Source of the DNA: an uncultured Acidobacteriaceae bacterium
Lineage (GTDB): Bacteria > Acidobacteriota > Terriglobia > Terriglobales > Acidobacteriaceae
DNA length: 64,000 nt
Assembly (NCBI GenBank): GCA_963819725.1
Contig: CAWFXK010000017.1
Location: forward strand, 18,150-82,149
Reading direction: 5' to 3'
Part shown: positions 1 to 9,734 of the stretch, piece by piece
How positions within the stretch are numbered: the first letter of the stretch is position 1
Layout of the letters: the number at the start of each line of letters is the position of its first letter
Program-made: the position numbers and the translations under genes
The notes under the pieces: model-generated
The model's database searches: none
Seen by the model: only the letters and a program-made list of their open reading frames with translations
What the model was told of the DNA's origin: nothing

Positions 1-573
1 ACAACCTCGTCGTTATCGCCGATGAGGCCTATGAGGACCTCGTTTACGAAGGCGAGCATGTCTCCATCGCCTCGCTTCCCGGCATGGCCGAGCGAACCAT
101 CACCGCCTACACTTTCTCCAAAACCTACGCCATGACTGGCTGGCGCGCCGGTTACGCCGTCGCCAAAGAACCGTTCATGACCGGCCTGCGCAAGCTGGTG
201 TTCTACTCCACCAACGGGGTCTCTACGCCAACCCAGTGGGCGGCGCTGGAAGCCATGGCCATCCATGAGGACGCGATCGCAGCCCGCCGCGATGAGTATC
301 GCCAGCGCCGCGATCTGCTGGTCAGGGGCCTGAACGAACTGGGTCTGGAATGCGATGTACCCGCCGGCGCCTTCTATGCCTTTCCATCGGTTCGCAAGAT
401 CGATAAGGACAGCCGTCGCGTCGCCGCGCAGCTTCTGGAAAAAGCGCATGTCGCAACCATTCCCGGCGTTGTCTTCGGCGCGCAGGGCGAAGGCCACGTC
501 CGCTTCAGCTACGCGGTCCCGCTCGGACGCAATTTCCGCCGGCCTCGAAGCGCTGCGCAAAGTTCTGGGCTGA
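1..573 (+). pseudogene. PLP-dependent class I/II (aspartate-type) aminotransferase, C-terminal part; 5' end is outside the window; frame broken by an apparent +1 shift near 519-523
   Basis: Frame from nt 3 reads NLVVIADEAYEDLVYEG...FSKTYAMTGWRAGY (PLP-lysine motif) ...GHVRFSYAV. The family-typical end SDAISAGLEALRKVLG* continues in the next frame (ORF 355..573). The original frame runs into low-complexity sequence to 680. Confidence 0.8.
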
Positions 574-684
574 CCGGCCAGGGAGGCCCCCCCCCGCATC
601 ACAATTTCTGTATCCAGTTGCCCGTTTCGCGCGTCCATGGAAGTACGCGCAAATCTTTGCCGTTGCGCATGAGTCCCTGAATCT

Positions 685-1498
685 ATGCTCGATTCCATCC
701 TCCCCCGAGTCCGCCGATGTTTGCCTTTGTTCCTGGCACTTTGCGCGGCGACGACTGCTGCAGCGCAGTCCGACAGCAGTCTTCTTCCTGACGACCCGGC
801 CTTCACGCAGGCCGGGCAGAGCACAAATCCTGTTACAGGGCCCAGCGTCCCACCCGCATCGCAGCAGCCCCCGGCGCCGTCCGGCAAGCAAAAGTACGAC
901 TACGAGGGAAAGCAAACCAAACGCATCCTCGGCATCGTGCCGAACTTCCGTTCTGTCTCGGTCGACTCGAAGCTCCCGCCGGAGAGCTGGAAAGACAAAT
1001 TCAAGGAAAGCTCCGAGGACGCCTTCGACTACTCGGATTTCATTTTTGTCGGAATTCTTGCGGGGGTTGGGCAGCTGCAGAATTCGTACCCCGAATTTCA
1101 CCAGGGTATTGCCGGTTACGGACGGTACTACTGGCACTCCCTCGCCGACCAGGTCGACGAGGACTACCAGGTGGAGTTCATCTTCCCCTCGCTGCTGCAT
1201 CAGGATTCGCGCTACTACACTCGGGGCCACGGCGGATTTCCCAAACGAGTGCTCTATGCCTTCAGCCGCATCGCCATAACACGCACCGATGGCGGCAATG
1301 AGACCTTCAATGCCTCGGAGGTCGTTGGCGCGGGCGCCGCTGCCGGCATCTCGAACCTCTACTATCCCTGCGCGGGAACGCACCTGGACCAAGACCGGCC
1401 AGCGTTGGGTTCTTAACGTCGGTCTCGATGGAGCAACCTTCGCCTTCAAGGAATTCTGGCCCGACCTCAACAGCCGTTTCTTCCACCAGAAGAATTAA
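685..1498 (+). pseudogene. hypothetical secreted protein (family not recognised), frame broken near 1366-1370
   Basis: Signal-like N-terminus MLDSILPRVRRCLPLFLALCAATTAAAQS. ORF 685..1416 reads ...ISNLYYP and then degenerates. The next frame (ORF 1289..1498) continues ARERTWTKTGQRWVLNVGLDGATFAFKEFWPDLNSRFFHQKN*. Confidence 0.55.
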
Positions 1499-1603
1499 AA
1501 GCACGCCTGCGTCTCAACCTCGCTGTTCATCAGTCAGGAAATCACTGACTTCGGTTTCTTCGCGCTCGCTTGTGTCGCGTTAGCATCGAGATATTCCCGC
1601 TCG

Positions 1604-2584
1604 GTGGAGCCGCGTCCCATGCTCAAGGTTGGCGTGCCTGAATCTGTCGATCCGGATCTGCACCGCTTGTTGCCCAGTGGCATCTCGCTGGAGCTGATCC
1701 CCCTCCAGCCCACTCAACCCGTCGAGGTGGAATTCTGGATCGCTCCTCCGTGGTCGGGCCAGGCGCAGCGGCAATTGCCTTATCTTCGCGGACTGAAGGT
1801 GATTCAGTCGGCCCTCGCCGGAGTCGATCAGCTGCTCAAAATCAAGCCGCCTGGCGTAATCCTCTGCGATGCCCGAGGCGCTCACACCATCCCCACGGCC
1901 GAGTGGACGGTCGCTGCGGTGCTGGCCTGCACAAAATACTTCCCACTCTTTGGCAAGCTCCAGCATGCCGGGATCTGGTCTCGTCGCAAAGAAGCTGAAG
2001 ATCTGTACCATACGCTTCATCCCGATAAAAAGCGCCTTTACCCGCCTGTTCTCTGTGACGAGCTGCATGGCCAGCAGGTGCTCATCGTCGGCTATGGTGC
2101 CATCGGCAAGGCAATTGAGCAGCGCCTCGAGCCCTTCGGCGTCAGCTTCGTTCGCGTCGCCCGCACCGCGCGCGAGGGCGTCCACGGCGTCGATGAACTC
2201 GCCGAACTCCTGCCCGCCGCCGATGTTGTCATCCTGATCGTGCCCTTCACCAGCGAGACCACGGGCATGATCGGAGCCAGCGAACTCGCCCTGATGAAAC
2301 AGGGAGCATTGCTCATCAATGCCGCGCGCGGACCCGTCGTCAACACCGAGGCCCTGCTCGTCGCCCTGAATGCGGGCCGCATCATGGCTGCCATCGACGT
2401 TACGGATCCTGAGCCGCTGCCCGGCGGCCATCCCCTCTGGACGGCACCTAACCTGCTCATCACGCCCCACGTCGGCGCGTCCACGCCGATGTTTATGGTG
2501 CGCGCCATGCAGTTCGCCGGATCTCAAATCAACCGCTATCTTCGTGGGGACCCGCTCGAAAACGTCGTAACCGGCGAGTACTAA
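1604..2584 (+). CDS. D-isomer-specific 2-hydroxyacid dehydrogenase family protein (NAD-binding)
   Basis: VLIVGYGAIGKAIEQRL Rossmann motif; LINAARGPVVNTEAL and ITPHVGAST regions. The start could be GTG 1604 or ATG 1619. Confidence 0.8.
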   Translation: MEPRPMLKVGVPESVDPDLHRLLPSGISLELIPLQPTQPVEVEFWIAPPWSGQAQRQLPYLRGLKVIQSALAGVDQLLKIKPPGVILCDARGAHTIPTAEWTVAAVLACTKYFPLFGKLQHAGIWSRRKEAEDLYHTLHPDKKRLYPPVLCDELHGQQVLIVGYGAIGKAIEQRLEPFGVSFVRVARTAREGVHGVDELAELLPAADVVILIVPFTSETTGMIGASELALMKQGALLINAARGPVVNTEALLVALNAGRIMAAIDVTDPEPLPGGHPLWTAPNLLITPHVGASTPMFMVRAMQFAGSQINRYLRGDPLENVVTGEY

Positions 2585-2659
2585 GACCCGCTGACCGCCG
2601 GTCCGGAGCCTCCTTGCGCGACCGCCCGTATCTATCGCTGTTCCAGGTATTTCCGTTTC

Positions 2660-2688
2660 TTGACCGGCCTTTTTGCGAAACCTACAAT
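2660..2688 (+). promoter_or_regulatory. sigma70-like promoter for hrcA-grpE-dnaJ (TTGACC-17 nt-TACAAT)
   Basis: TTGACC at 2660-2665, exact 17-nt spacer, TACAAT at 2683-2688, about 50 nt upstream of the hrcA ATG. Confidence 0.45.
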
Positions 2689-2736
2689 CTAAACAGGAGA
2701 AGTTCACCCTTTTCCGGGTGGTTAGGGCGTATTTCC

Positions 2737-3798
2737 ATGGCTTCCGATCTGCGGCTGAGTCCTCGCGAACGCACCGTTTTGACGGCGATTGTCGAGACCT
2801 ACATCGCCACCGGGGAACCGGTTGCGTCGCAGGCGGTCGCTCGCCATTTCGGCAATAAGGACGGCATGAGTTCTGCGACCATTCGCAACGTCATGGCGTC
2901 GCTTGGCGACGCCGGTCTGCTCGATCAACCCCATACCTCTGCTGGCCGCATCCCTACTGCTCAGGCCTTCCGCTTTTACGTCGAGCACCTGGCCGGGCCG
3001 CAGGTCACGATCCTCACTCCCGAGCGTCTCGAGCAGATCGAGGAGAACTTCGCCGGCATCGGCACCAGCGAGCAGTATCTGGAGCGCACCTCACATGTGC
3101 TGGCGCTCATCTCGAGCGGTCTGGGCGTGGCTCTGGCTTCGACCCAGGAACTCCACACCCTGGAGCACATCCACTTCTCGCGCCTTGCGGCTGGACGCGT
3201 GCTCGGCGTCGTTATCACCAAATCCGGCAGCGTGCTCGATCGGGTGCTCCAGCTCGACCACGACCTCGACGCTGCGGAGCTGGAAACTGCGGCCCGCTAC
3301 CTCAACGAAAATTTCCATGGCTGGTCCATTGAACGAATCCGCGCAGAGATGGCCCGCCGTCTCGAAGCCGAACGCAGCGAGTACGACCGCCTGATGCATT
3401 CGCTCGAAGAGCTGTATCGCAAAGGGGCTCTGGCGGCGGAAACCAGCACCGCTCCGACGATCTTTATCGAGGGCGTGGCCAATTTGCTTGCCGGAGAGAC
3501 GGATCATGAGCGGCTGCGGACCATGCTGCATGCGCTGGAAGCCAAAGAGCGGCTCATCGAGTTGCTCAACGCCTACGTCGACGCCCGCCAGCGGACTGTG
3601 CGCGTGGTGGTGGGCCTCGAAGACGCAATTCCCGAGCTGCGCGACTTCGTCCTGATCGGCACCACGGCGCGTCTGGGCTCAGAGAACGTCGGCACCGTCG
3701 CCGTCATTGGCCCCACCCGTATTCATTACCAGGACACCATCAACGCGGTGTCGTACATCGCACAGCTTTCCGGCCGGATCCTCCAGCCGCCCCATTAA
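2737..3798 (+). CDS. hrcA: heat-inducible transcriptional repressor HrcA
   Basis: MASDLRLSPRERTVLTAIVETYIATGEPVASQAVARHF... is a typical HrcA N-terminal winged helix. Length about 353 aa, followed by grpE and dnaJ. Confidence 0.9.
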   Translation: MASDLRLSPRERTVLTAIVETYIATGEPVASQAVARHFGNKDGMSSATIRNVMASLGDAGLLDQPHTSAGRIPTAQAFRFYVEHLAGPQVTILTPERLEQIEENFAGIGTSEQYLERTSHVLALISSGLGVALASTQELHTLEHIHFSRLAAGRVLGVVITKSGSVLDRVLQLDHDLDAAELETAARYLNENFHGWSIERIRAEMARRLEAERSEYDRLMHSLEELYRKGALAAETSTAPTIFIEGVANLLAGETDHERLRTMLHALEAKERLIELLNAYVDARQRTVRVVVGLEDAIPELRDFVLIGTTARLGSENVGTVAVIGPTRIHYQDTINAVSYIAQLSGRILQPPH

Positions 3799-3878
3799 GC
3801 GCGCACGCTGCGTGTCCTGAGTTACAGCGAGCAGGCGCCCCACGATCGCGGCCTGCATACCGGAATCGAGTTTGAATT

Positions 3879-4502
3879 ATGCGACGCATTATGGTTGAAA
3901 AGAAAAACGCTGCCGATCACCGAATGGACGCGGCTCCGGCCGGCAATCCCGCCAATGAGCCGGGTTCTGTCGCCGCCGGAGTCGCCGACAATGATGAAGC
4001 GAAAGAACCGCTGGTGCCCGTCGAGACCGCGCACGTTCCCCAGGAGGAGTACGATCGCCTGAAGGCCGAGCGCGATCTCCTCTTCGACCGCCTGGCACGC
4101 CTCCAGGCTGAATTCGATAACTCCCGCAAGCGCGAGGCAAAGGAACGTGCCGAATTTCGTGACTACGCCGTCTCCAATGCCATCGAACAATTTCTCCCTG
4201 TACTGGACAATTTCCAGCTCGCCCTTAAATCCACAGGGTCGGCAGAACAGCTCCGCACCGGCGTGGAGCTGATCGTCAAACAGATGGAAGAAGCGCTGCG
4301 CTCGCTGAATGTTCAGCCCGTAGAGGCTGTCGGCGCTGCCTTTGATCCACGCGTCCACGAAGCCATCGAAATGGTGGAACGCAACGATCTGCCCGATCAT
4401 CAGGTATTCGAAGAGGTCCGCCGCGGCTATCGCATCCGCGATCGCCTCCTCCGCCCGGCTCTGGTTCGGGTCGCCAGTAATCCACAGCAGAAGGAAGCAT
4501 GA
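3879..4502 (+). CDS. grpE: nucleotide exchange factor GrpE
   Basis: Coiled-coil [25 protein letters not shown] and a C-terminal FDPRVHEAI...[16 protein letters not shown] GrpE signature. The stop overlaps the dnaJ start. Confidence 0.9.
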   Translation: MRRIMVEKKNAADHRMDAAPAGNPANEPGSVAAGVADNDEAKEPLVPVETAHVPQEEYDRLKAERDLLFDRLARLQAEFDNSRKREAKERAEFRDYAVSNAIEQFLPVLDNFQLALKSTGSAEQLRTGVELIVKQMEEALRSLNVQPVEAVGAAFDPRVHEAIEMVERNDLPDHQVFEEVRRGYRIRDRLLRPALVRVASNPQQKEA

Positions 4503-5629
4503 GCAGAACCGAAAACGTGATCAAAGCCGACTACTACGAAGTCCTCGGGGTTACCCGCACCGCCTCCGACCAGGAGCTGAAAGCGGCTTACCGCAAGCTG
4601 GCCCTCCAGCATCATCCCGACCGCAATCCCGGCAACAAGGAAGCCGAGGAGCGCTTCAAGGAATGCAGCGAGGCCTATCAGGTGCTCAGCGATCCGCAGA
4701 AGCGCGCCGCCTACGATCGCTTCGGCCACGCCGGTCTCGGCGCGAGCGGATTCGACGGCAATCCCTTCGGGGCTCAGGATATCGGCGACATCTTCGGCGA
4801 TCTCTTCGGCGAGATGTTCAACATCGGCGGCGGCCGCCGTGGCCAATCGCGCGTGCAGAAGGGCCGCGATATTCGCTACGACCTCACCATCGAATTCGAA
4901 GAAGCTGTGTTCGGCAAGGAAACAAAGGTCACGATCCAGCGCATGGAGGCCTGCAGCGACTGCCGCGGGACCGGCACGGCCAGCGGGCGTGGACCCACCA
5001 CGTGCCCGCACTGTCAGGGACGCGGCCAGGTTCGCTATCAGCAGGGATTTTTCTCGATTGCGCGCACCTGCAGCTATTGCAGCGGCTCCGGCACCGTTGT
5101 CAGCGATCCCTGCACGACGTGCCGCGGTGAAGGCCGCGTCGAGCGTCAGCACGAAATCGCCGTCAGCATTCCCGCCGGCGTTGAAGACGGCACTCGCATC
5201 CGCTATCAGGGGGAAGGCGACACCGGCCGCTTCGGCGGTCCTGGCGGCGATCTCTACATCGTCCTCCGCGTTCGCCAGCACAAAGTTTTCGAGCGCGACG
5301 GCAACGACCTTCGCTGCCTCATCCCAATTTCCTTCCCCCAGGCGGCGCTCGGTGCCGAAATCAACCTGGAGACCCTCGATGGCGCTGTGAAGCTCAAGAT
5401 TCCGGAGGGCGCGCAGAGTGGCCAGGAATTCCGCATCCGCGGTAAGGGCGTCCCGCACCTCAACGAATACGGACGAGGCGACCTCATCGCCCAGATCGTC
5501 GTCCGCACCCCCACCAAACTCACCAAAGCACAGAAGGAAGTGCTGCGTCAGCTCGGCGAGACCATCACCGTGGAAAACACCCCGACCGCGCGTAGCCTTC
5601 TCGAAAAAGTGAAGGAGATGTTCTCCTAG
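4499..5629 (+). CDS. dnaJ: molecular chaperone DnaJ
   Basis: J domain DYYEVLGV...[10 protein letters not shown] region, four CxxCxGxG zinc motifs and a C-terminal substrate-binding domain. Confidence 0.95.
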   Translation: MSRTENVIKADYYEVLGVTRTASDQELKAAYRKLALQHHPDRNPGNKEAEERFKECSEAYQVLSDPQKRAAYDRFGHAGLGASGFDGNPFGAQDIGDIFGDLFGEMFNIGGGRRGQSRVQKGRDIRYDLTIEFEEAVFGKETKVTIQRMEACSDCRGTGTASGRGPTTCPHCQGRGQVRYQQGFFSIARTCSYCSGSGTVVSDPCTTCRGEGRVERQHEIAVSIPAGVEDGTRIRYQGEGDTGRFGGPGGDLYIVLRVRQHKVFERDGNDLRCLIPISFPQAALGAEINLETLDGAVKLKIPEGAQSGQEFRIRGKGVPHLNEYGRGDLIAQIVVRTPTKLTKAQKEVLRQLGETITVENTPTARSLLEKVKEMFS

Positions 5630-5635
5630 GGTGCC

Positions 5636-5663
5636 AGCGGATAGCGTCTAGCGGATAGCGTTT
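5636..5663. repeat. heptamer-phased tandem repeat AGCGGAT/AGCGTCT/AGCGGAT/AGCGTTT
   Basis: Two 14-nt units identical at 13/14 positions, immediately after the dnaJ stop. Confidence 0.8.
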
Positions 5664-5742
5664 AGAAAGCAGCCGCTCGCATCGCAGAGGGCGATTTTCC
5701 AAAGAGACTGCAGATCTGTTCCCGATGAGTGGCTTGTCTATA

Positions 5743-5763
5743 CGCTAAGCGCTATCCGCTGCT
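5743..5763. repeat. heptamer-phased repeat CGCTAAG/CGCTATC/CGCTGCT (inverted copy of the 5636 array)
   Basis: The reverse complement reads GCAGCGGATAGCGCTTAGCG, matching CAGCGGATAGCG of the left array. Confidence 0.75.
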
Positions 5764-5767
5764 CTCT

Positions 5768-6499
5768 TCACTCCATCAGCGCGGCAGCCACCGCCATCGC
5801 CGCGATTGCCGCCGTCTCGGCACGAAGAATCCGCGGCCCCAGGCTTACCGGCTTCCAGTTTTCCGCGTCGAACAGAGCTTCCTCTTCGGCAGTCCATCCG
5901 CCCTCCGGCCCTGCGGCCATTCGGATCGCCGGCGTCTCATCGCCGGCCGCATCCAGCGCCTCCTCGAGCGCGTGATGCAGCGTCGTCGACCGTTCCTGCT
6001 CCGCCAGCACCAACCGCACCGCGTCCGGATTGAGCCTGACGGCTTCCTTCAGGGCAATTGGCTTTTCGATCTGCAGCACATCCGACCGCCGCGCCTGCTT
6101 CGATGCCTCCAGCGCCACGCGACGCCATCGCTCGGCACGCGACGCCGCAGCCTGCGCCAGATGCTTCTCGCTCCTGCGTGCGATCACCGGCACGATGCGT
6201 TCCGCGCCCAGCTCTGTCACCTTCTCGATCGCCCACTCCATCCGGTCAAACTTAAAAACCGAGAGCAGCAGCGTCACCGGCAACGCGGGATCCGCCTCTT
6301 CCTCCGCAACCAGATTGAATCGAACCGCATCGCCTGCAATTCCGGCCAGCACGCTGTGCCACACGCGCCCACCCGCCACGACATCGAACTCCATACCGGG
6401 CTGCGCACGGAGCACACGAATCAGGTGCTCCGCCTGCTCCCCCGCGATCGAAGCGGTCGCCTCGTCCCACGTATCGGCAATCCATCGGCGTCGCGTCAC
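5768..6499 (-). CDS. rsmE: 16S rRNA (uracil1498-N3)-methyltransferase RsmE
   Basis: MTRRRWIAD... N-terminal PUA-like region and a C-terminal SPOUT region GPEGGWTAEE...SLGPRILRAETAAIAA. Confidence 0.85.
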   Translation of the reverse strand: MTRRRWIADTWDEATASIAGEQAEHLIRVLRAQPGMEFDVVAGGRVWHSVLAGIAGDAVRFNLVAEEEADPALPVTLLLSVFKFDRMEWAIEKVTELGAERIVPVIARRSEKHLAQAAASRAERWRRVALEASKQARRSDVLQIEKPIALKEAVRLNPDAVRLVLAEQERSTTLHHALEEALDAAGDETPAIRMAAGPEGGWTAEEEALFDAENWKPVSLGPRILRAETAAIAAMAVAAALME

Positions 6500-6584
6500 A
6501 AATCCAGCCTACAGGAGCGCTTCCTGAATTCTGAGAACCGAACTCCGTTCCCTTCGCTCTTTCCATCGCCTGAAAAACCTGCCC

Positions 6585-6623
6585 TAAAAGCATCGGGGGG
6601 ACGCTTATCGCGTCCCCCCGATG
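6585..6623 (-). terminator. intrinsic terminator (14-bp GC-rich stem plus T tract on the minus strand)
   Basis: CATCGGGGGGACGC / GCGTCCCCCCGATG inverted repeat at 6591-6623, followed on the minus strand by CTTTT. Confidence 0.7.
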
Positions 6624-6639
6624 TGTTGCCGAGGTCCTC

Positions 6640-6708
6640 TTACTTTTTCTTTGAGGACTTCTTGGCTGCCTTCTTCGCGCTCTTCTTAGCTGCCTTTTTT
6701 GCTGCCAT
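6640..6708 (-). CDS. 22-aa Lys/Ala-rich basic micro-protein (MAAKKAAKKSAKKAAKKSSKKK)
   Basis: ATG preceded by AAGGGAGA about 8 nt upstream. It has its own consensus-like promoter and a strong terminator. The 73-aa ORF in the track is an upstream extension without signals. Confidence 0.45.
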   Translation of the reverse strand: MAAKKAAKKSAKKAAKKSSKKK

Positions 6709-6774
6709 GGTTTCTATTCTCCCTTTTCGATGTCTACATCGAAGTCTGCAACATGAAATGCTGCAGTTAACGAA

Positions 6775-6803
6775 TGTATAGAGTTCCGCGCATACAGTGT
6801 CAA
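6775..6803 (-). promoter_or_regulatory. sigma70-like promoter (TTGACA-17 nt-TATACA) with an A/T-rich upstream tract
   Basis: The minus strand reads AATTTTTTTCTTGACACTGTATGCGCGGAACTCTATACA. It drives the micro-ORF through a roughly 65-nt leader with two short hairpins. Confidence 0.45.
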
Positions 6804-6877
6804 GAAAAAAATTCAGATTTTGTCTACAACTTTCTTCTCTCCGCGTCGTTCGCTCGAACACATCGCGACAATGAATC

Positions 6878-7657
6878 TTACAGCGGATGAAAATGCCGCA
6901 GCAGTGCGAGCATCAATCCGCTGAAAATGTCGTGCCACGCGTGCGCGATCATGCCCGGGCGAAGACTCTTCCGCGCAACCACCAAAATGCAAAACATCGC
7001 GCCGTACGCGGTGATCGCGATCATTCCCGCCGCGCCTTCGTAACCGTGACTGATACCGAACAGCAGTGAGGAGCACAGAACGCCCAGCCACAAACCCGCG
7101 CCCACCGAGGAGAATTGCCGCAGCAGATATCCGCGAAAGACGAATTCCTCGCAGAATCCAGCCGAACAGCTGAGCACCATCCAAAGCAACACCTCCAGAG
7201 GCGTGCGCGGGGCAATCGCCATCAGCACCTTCTGCGGCGCCGACAATCCGGCCGCCTTCAGCGACAATCCGATGATGGCCAGCACGATCACCGCTGCGAT
7301 CCAGAACACCGCGGCTGCTCCCACATCTTCCATCAACAATGCCCACCCACGCCGGAATCCCAGCAGATCCGTGAAGCGAACGCGCTTCATCCGCAACCCC
7401 CACCACACCAGCAGAAGCAGCGCCCACTCCATGCAGATGCCCAGACCGTAGCGGGCCACGTGGTGCGCGGCCACAACGTTGCGGTGCGCCGACCGCGCGC
7501 CGAGCAGAGAAGTGCATGCCAGCAGCAACACAATCAGCACTGTGTGCCACCACGGCGCCACGGACGCCGCAAGACGGCTTTGCGGATCGGGCCTCGCGTC
7601 CGGCATCTCGTGCATCCCACCCTCGCTGTCTGATATCTTCCTCTGGATTCTACTCAC
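6878..7657 (-). CDS. CPBP family intramembrane glutamic endopeptidase (CAAX protease/Abi family)
   Basis: Multi-pass membrane protein with the EEFVFRGYLL and LLFGISHGY motifs. Confidence 0.8.
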   Translation of the reverse strand: MSRIQRKISDSEGGMHEMPDARPDPQSRLAASVAPWWHTVLIVLLLACTSLLGARSAHRNVVAAHHVARYGLGICMEWALLLLVWWGLRMKRVRFTDLLGFRRGWALLMEDVGAAAVFWIAAVIVLAIIGLSLKAAGLSAPQKVLMAIAPRTPLEVLLWMVLSCSAGFCEEFVFRGYLLRQFSSVGAGLWLGVLCSSLLFGISHGYEGAAGMIAITAYGAMFCILVVARKSLRPGMIAHAWHDIFSGLMLALLRHFHPL

Positions 7658-7692
7658 CGGTTTCGCGCATCGAATCTGTAAAGGGAAAGAAC

Positions 7693-8880
7693 ATGGATCA
7701 GATCGTTATTGTTTCCGGAGTCCGTACTCCGGTTGGAAAATTCCAGGGCTCGCTCTCTGACGTCACCGCCACGCGCCTCGGCGCTGTCGCGGTCCGGGAA
7801 GCCGTCAGGCGCGCGAACCTTCAGCCCGAGCAGATCGACGAATGCATCATGGGCAACGTGGTTTCCGCCGGTCTCGGACAGAATCCCGCACGCCAGGCTG
7901 CCCTCTACGGTGGGCTGCCACCCGAAGTCAGCGCTGTGACCGTGAACATGGTGTGCGGATCGGGTCTCCGCGCTGTCGCGCTTGGGGCGCAGTCGATCCA
8001 GACCGGCAACTCCGCCATTGTGGTTGCCGGAGGCATGGAGTCGATGACGAACGCACCCTACCTGCTCCCGCAGGGGCGCAGCGGCTTCCGTATGGGCAAC
8101 GCGACCGTCGTCGATTCCATGGTCCACGACGGACTCTGGGACGTCTACAACGACTTTCACATGGGCCAGACCGCCGAGCTTGTCGCCGAGACGTATGGCA
8201 TCTCCCGCGAAGATCAGGACTGCTTCGCGCTGATGTCGCACAAGAGGGCTGCCGCGGCCTGGCGCGAAGGCCGCTATGCCCCCGAAGTCGTTCCCGTCGA
8301 GATCCCCGCGAAGAAGAAAGGTCAGCCGTCCACAATCTTCGAGCGCGATGAGTCCATCCGCGAAGACGCCAGCATCGAATCTCTTCGCGCCCTCAAGCCC
8401 GCGTTTAAGAAGGACGGCACCGTCACTGCAGGCAATGCACCCGGCGTCAACGACGCGGCCGCCGCTGTCGTCATCATGTCTGCCATGAAAGCCCGCGAGC
8501 TTGGCCTGACCCCGATGGTGCGGATCGTCTCGCACGCCACCAGTGGCATCGATCCCAAATGGGTTTTGATGGCTCCGGTCAATGGCGCCCGCAAAGCCGC
8601 AGAACGAGCGGGCTGGACCCTGGACTCCATCGACCTCTTCGAATTCAACGAGGCCTTCTCAGTTCAGGCCCTCGCCATCATGCGCGAACTCGGCCTCCCG
8701 CCGGAAAAGGTCAACGTCAACGGTGGGTCAGTGGCTATCGGACATGCCATCGGTGCCAGCGGCGCCCGCGTTCTCGTCACGATGATGTACGAGTTGGCCC
8801 GTCGCAACGCCCGTCGCGGACTCGCCGCCCTCTGCCTCGGCGGCGGTAATTCCGTAGCGATGTGCATCGAGCGCGACTAG
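7693..8880 (+). CDS. acetyl-CoA C-acetyltransferase (thiolase II)
   Basis: [21 protein letters not shown]..., the active-site region [12 protein letters not shown], and the C-terminal [20 protein letters not shown]...[11 protein letters not shown]. Confidence 0.9.
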   Translation: MDQIVIVSGVRTPVGKFQGSLSDVTATRLGAVAVREAVRRANLQPEQIDECIMGNVVSAGLGQNPARQAALYGGLPPEVSAVTVNMVCGSGLRAVALGAQSIQTGNSAIVVAGGMESMTNAPYLLPQGRSGFRMGNATVVDSMVHDGLWDVYNDFHMGQTAELVAETYGISREDQDCFALMSHKRAAAAWREGRYAPEVVPVEIPAKKKGQPSTIFERDESIREDASIESLRALKPAFKKDGTVTAGNAPGVNDAAAAVVIMSAMKARELGLTPMVRIVSHATSGIDPKWVLMAPVNGARKAAERAGWTLDSIDLFEFNEAFSVQALAIMRELGLPPEKVNVNGGSVAIGHAIGASGARVLVTMMYELARRNARRGLAALCLGGGNSVAMCIERD

Positions 8881-8922
8881 GACTGGCCGTCCAGGCAAAC
8901 GCCGCTGCGCGGCAGAATCAAG

Positions 8923-9702
8923 ATGAGCCTGTTCTCAATGCTGCCGAATCCCACTGAGCGCTTTACCGGTCGCGTCGAAAACTACGGGCGCTTTCGCCCG
9001 ACCTACCCAGCGGAAGTCGTCGATCTTCTGCGACGCGAATGCTCTCTCGGAGCGGACTCCCGGGTCGCAGACATCGCTGCCGGCACCGGTCTCCTCACCG
9101 AAATCTTCCTCGCCGCGGGATTCCATGTCACCGCCGTCGAGCCCAACGCCGAAATGCGCGCCGCCTGCGCCGCGCTTCAGCCTCAGCACCCAAAATCAAA
9201 GATCATCGCCGGGACCGCCGAAGCCACCACCCTCCCCGAGCAATCCATCGACCTGATCACCGTTGCCCAGGCCATGCACTGGTTCGATCTCGAGAGGACC
9301 CGCACCGAATTCGCCCGAATCCTGAAACCCAGCGGCTGGTGCGCCGTGATCTACAACAACCGCCGCCTCGGTGGCGACCCCTTCCACGACGCCTACGAGC
9401 GCTTCATCCTCGATTTCGGCATCGACTACGGCGCGGTTAAGCAGCAGCATGTCGGCCGCAAGCGCCTCGCCCAGTTCTTCGGCCCCTCACCGATGACCTG
9501 CGTTTCAATCCCCAATGCGCAGTCGCTCTCTTTCGAAGCCCTCGAGGGCCGGCTTCTCTCCGCGTCGTACATTCCCCAGCCTGGCCACCCACGCTTCGAC
9601 GAGATGCACGCTGCGATTCAGCACCTCTTCGCCGACACGCAATCCCACGGTACCGTCACCATGCACCACGACTGCCTGGTCTGCTACGGCCAGCTTTTCT
9701 AA
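8923..9702 (+). CDS. class I SAM-dependent methyltransferase
   Basis: Motif I VADIAAGTGLLTEIFLAAGFHVTAVEPNAEM and VAQAMHWFD. Confidence 0.8.
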   Translation: MSLFSMLPNPTERFTGRVENYGRFRPTYPAEVVDLLRRECSLGADSRVADIAAGTGLLTEIFLAAGFHVTAVEPNAEMRAACAALQPQHPKSKIIAGTAEATTLPEQSIDLITVAQAMHWFDLERTRTEFARILKPSGWCAVIYNNRRLGGDPFHDAYERFILDFGIDYGAVKQQHVGRKRLAQFFGPSPMTCVSIPNAQSLSFEALEGRLLSASYIPQPGHPRFDEMHAAIQHLFADTQSHGTVTMHHDCLVCYGQLF

Positions 9703-9705
9703 TCG

Positions 9706-9726
9706 CTAAACTCTAAACCCTATACC
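9706..9726. repeat. heptamer-phased repeat CTAAACT/CTAAACC/CTATACC
   Basis: Lies between the convergent stops of the methyltransferase and sdaA. Confidence 0.6.
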
Positions 9727-9734
9727 CCTGGTTT

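Noticed and set aside
2585-2736. A CIRCE operator upstream of hrcA.
   Set aside because: No match within a few mismatches to TTAGCACTC-N9-GAGTGCTAA on either strand.
6640-6861. The 73-aa ORF from the track as the real product.
   Set aside because: The upstream 51 codons overlap the predicted promoter and leader hairpins and have no coding character. Only the last 22 codons follow a Shine-Dalgarno and ATG.
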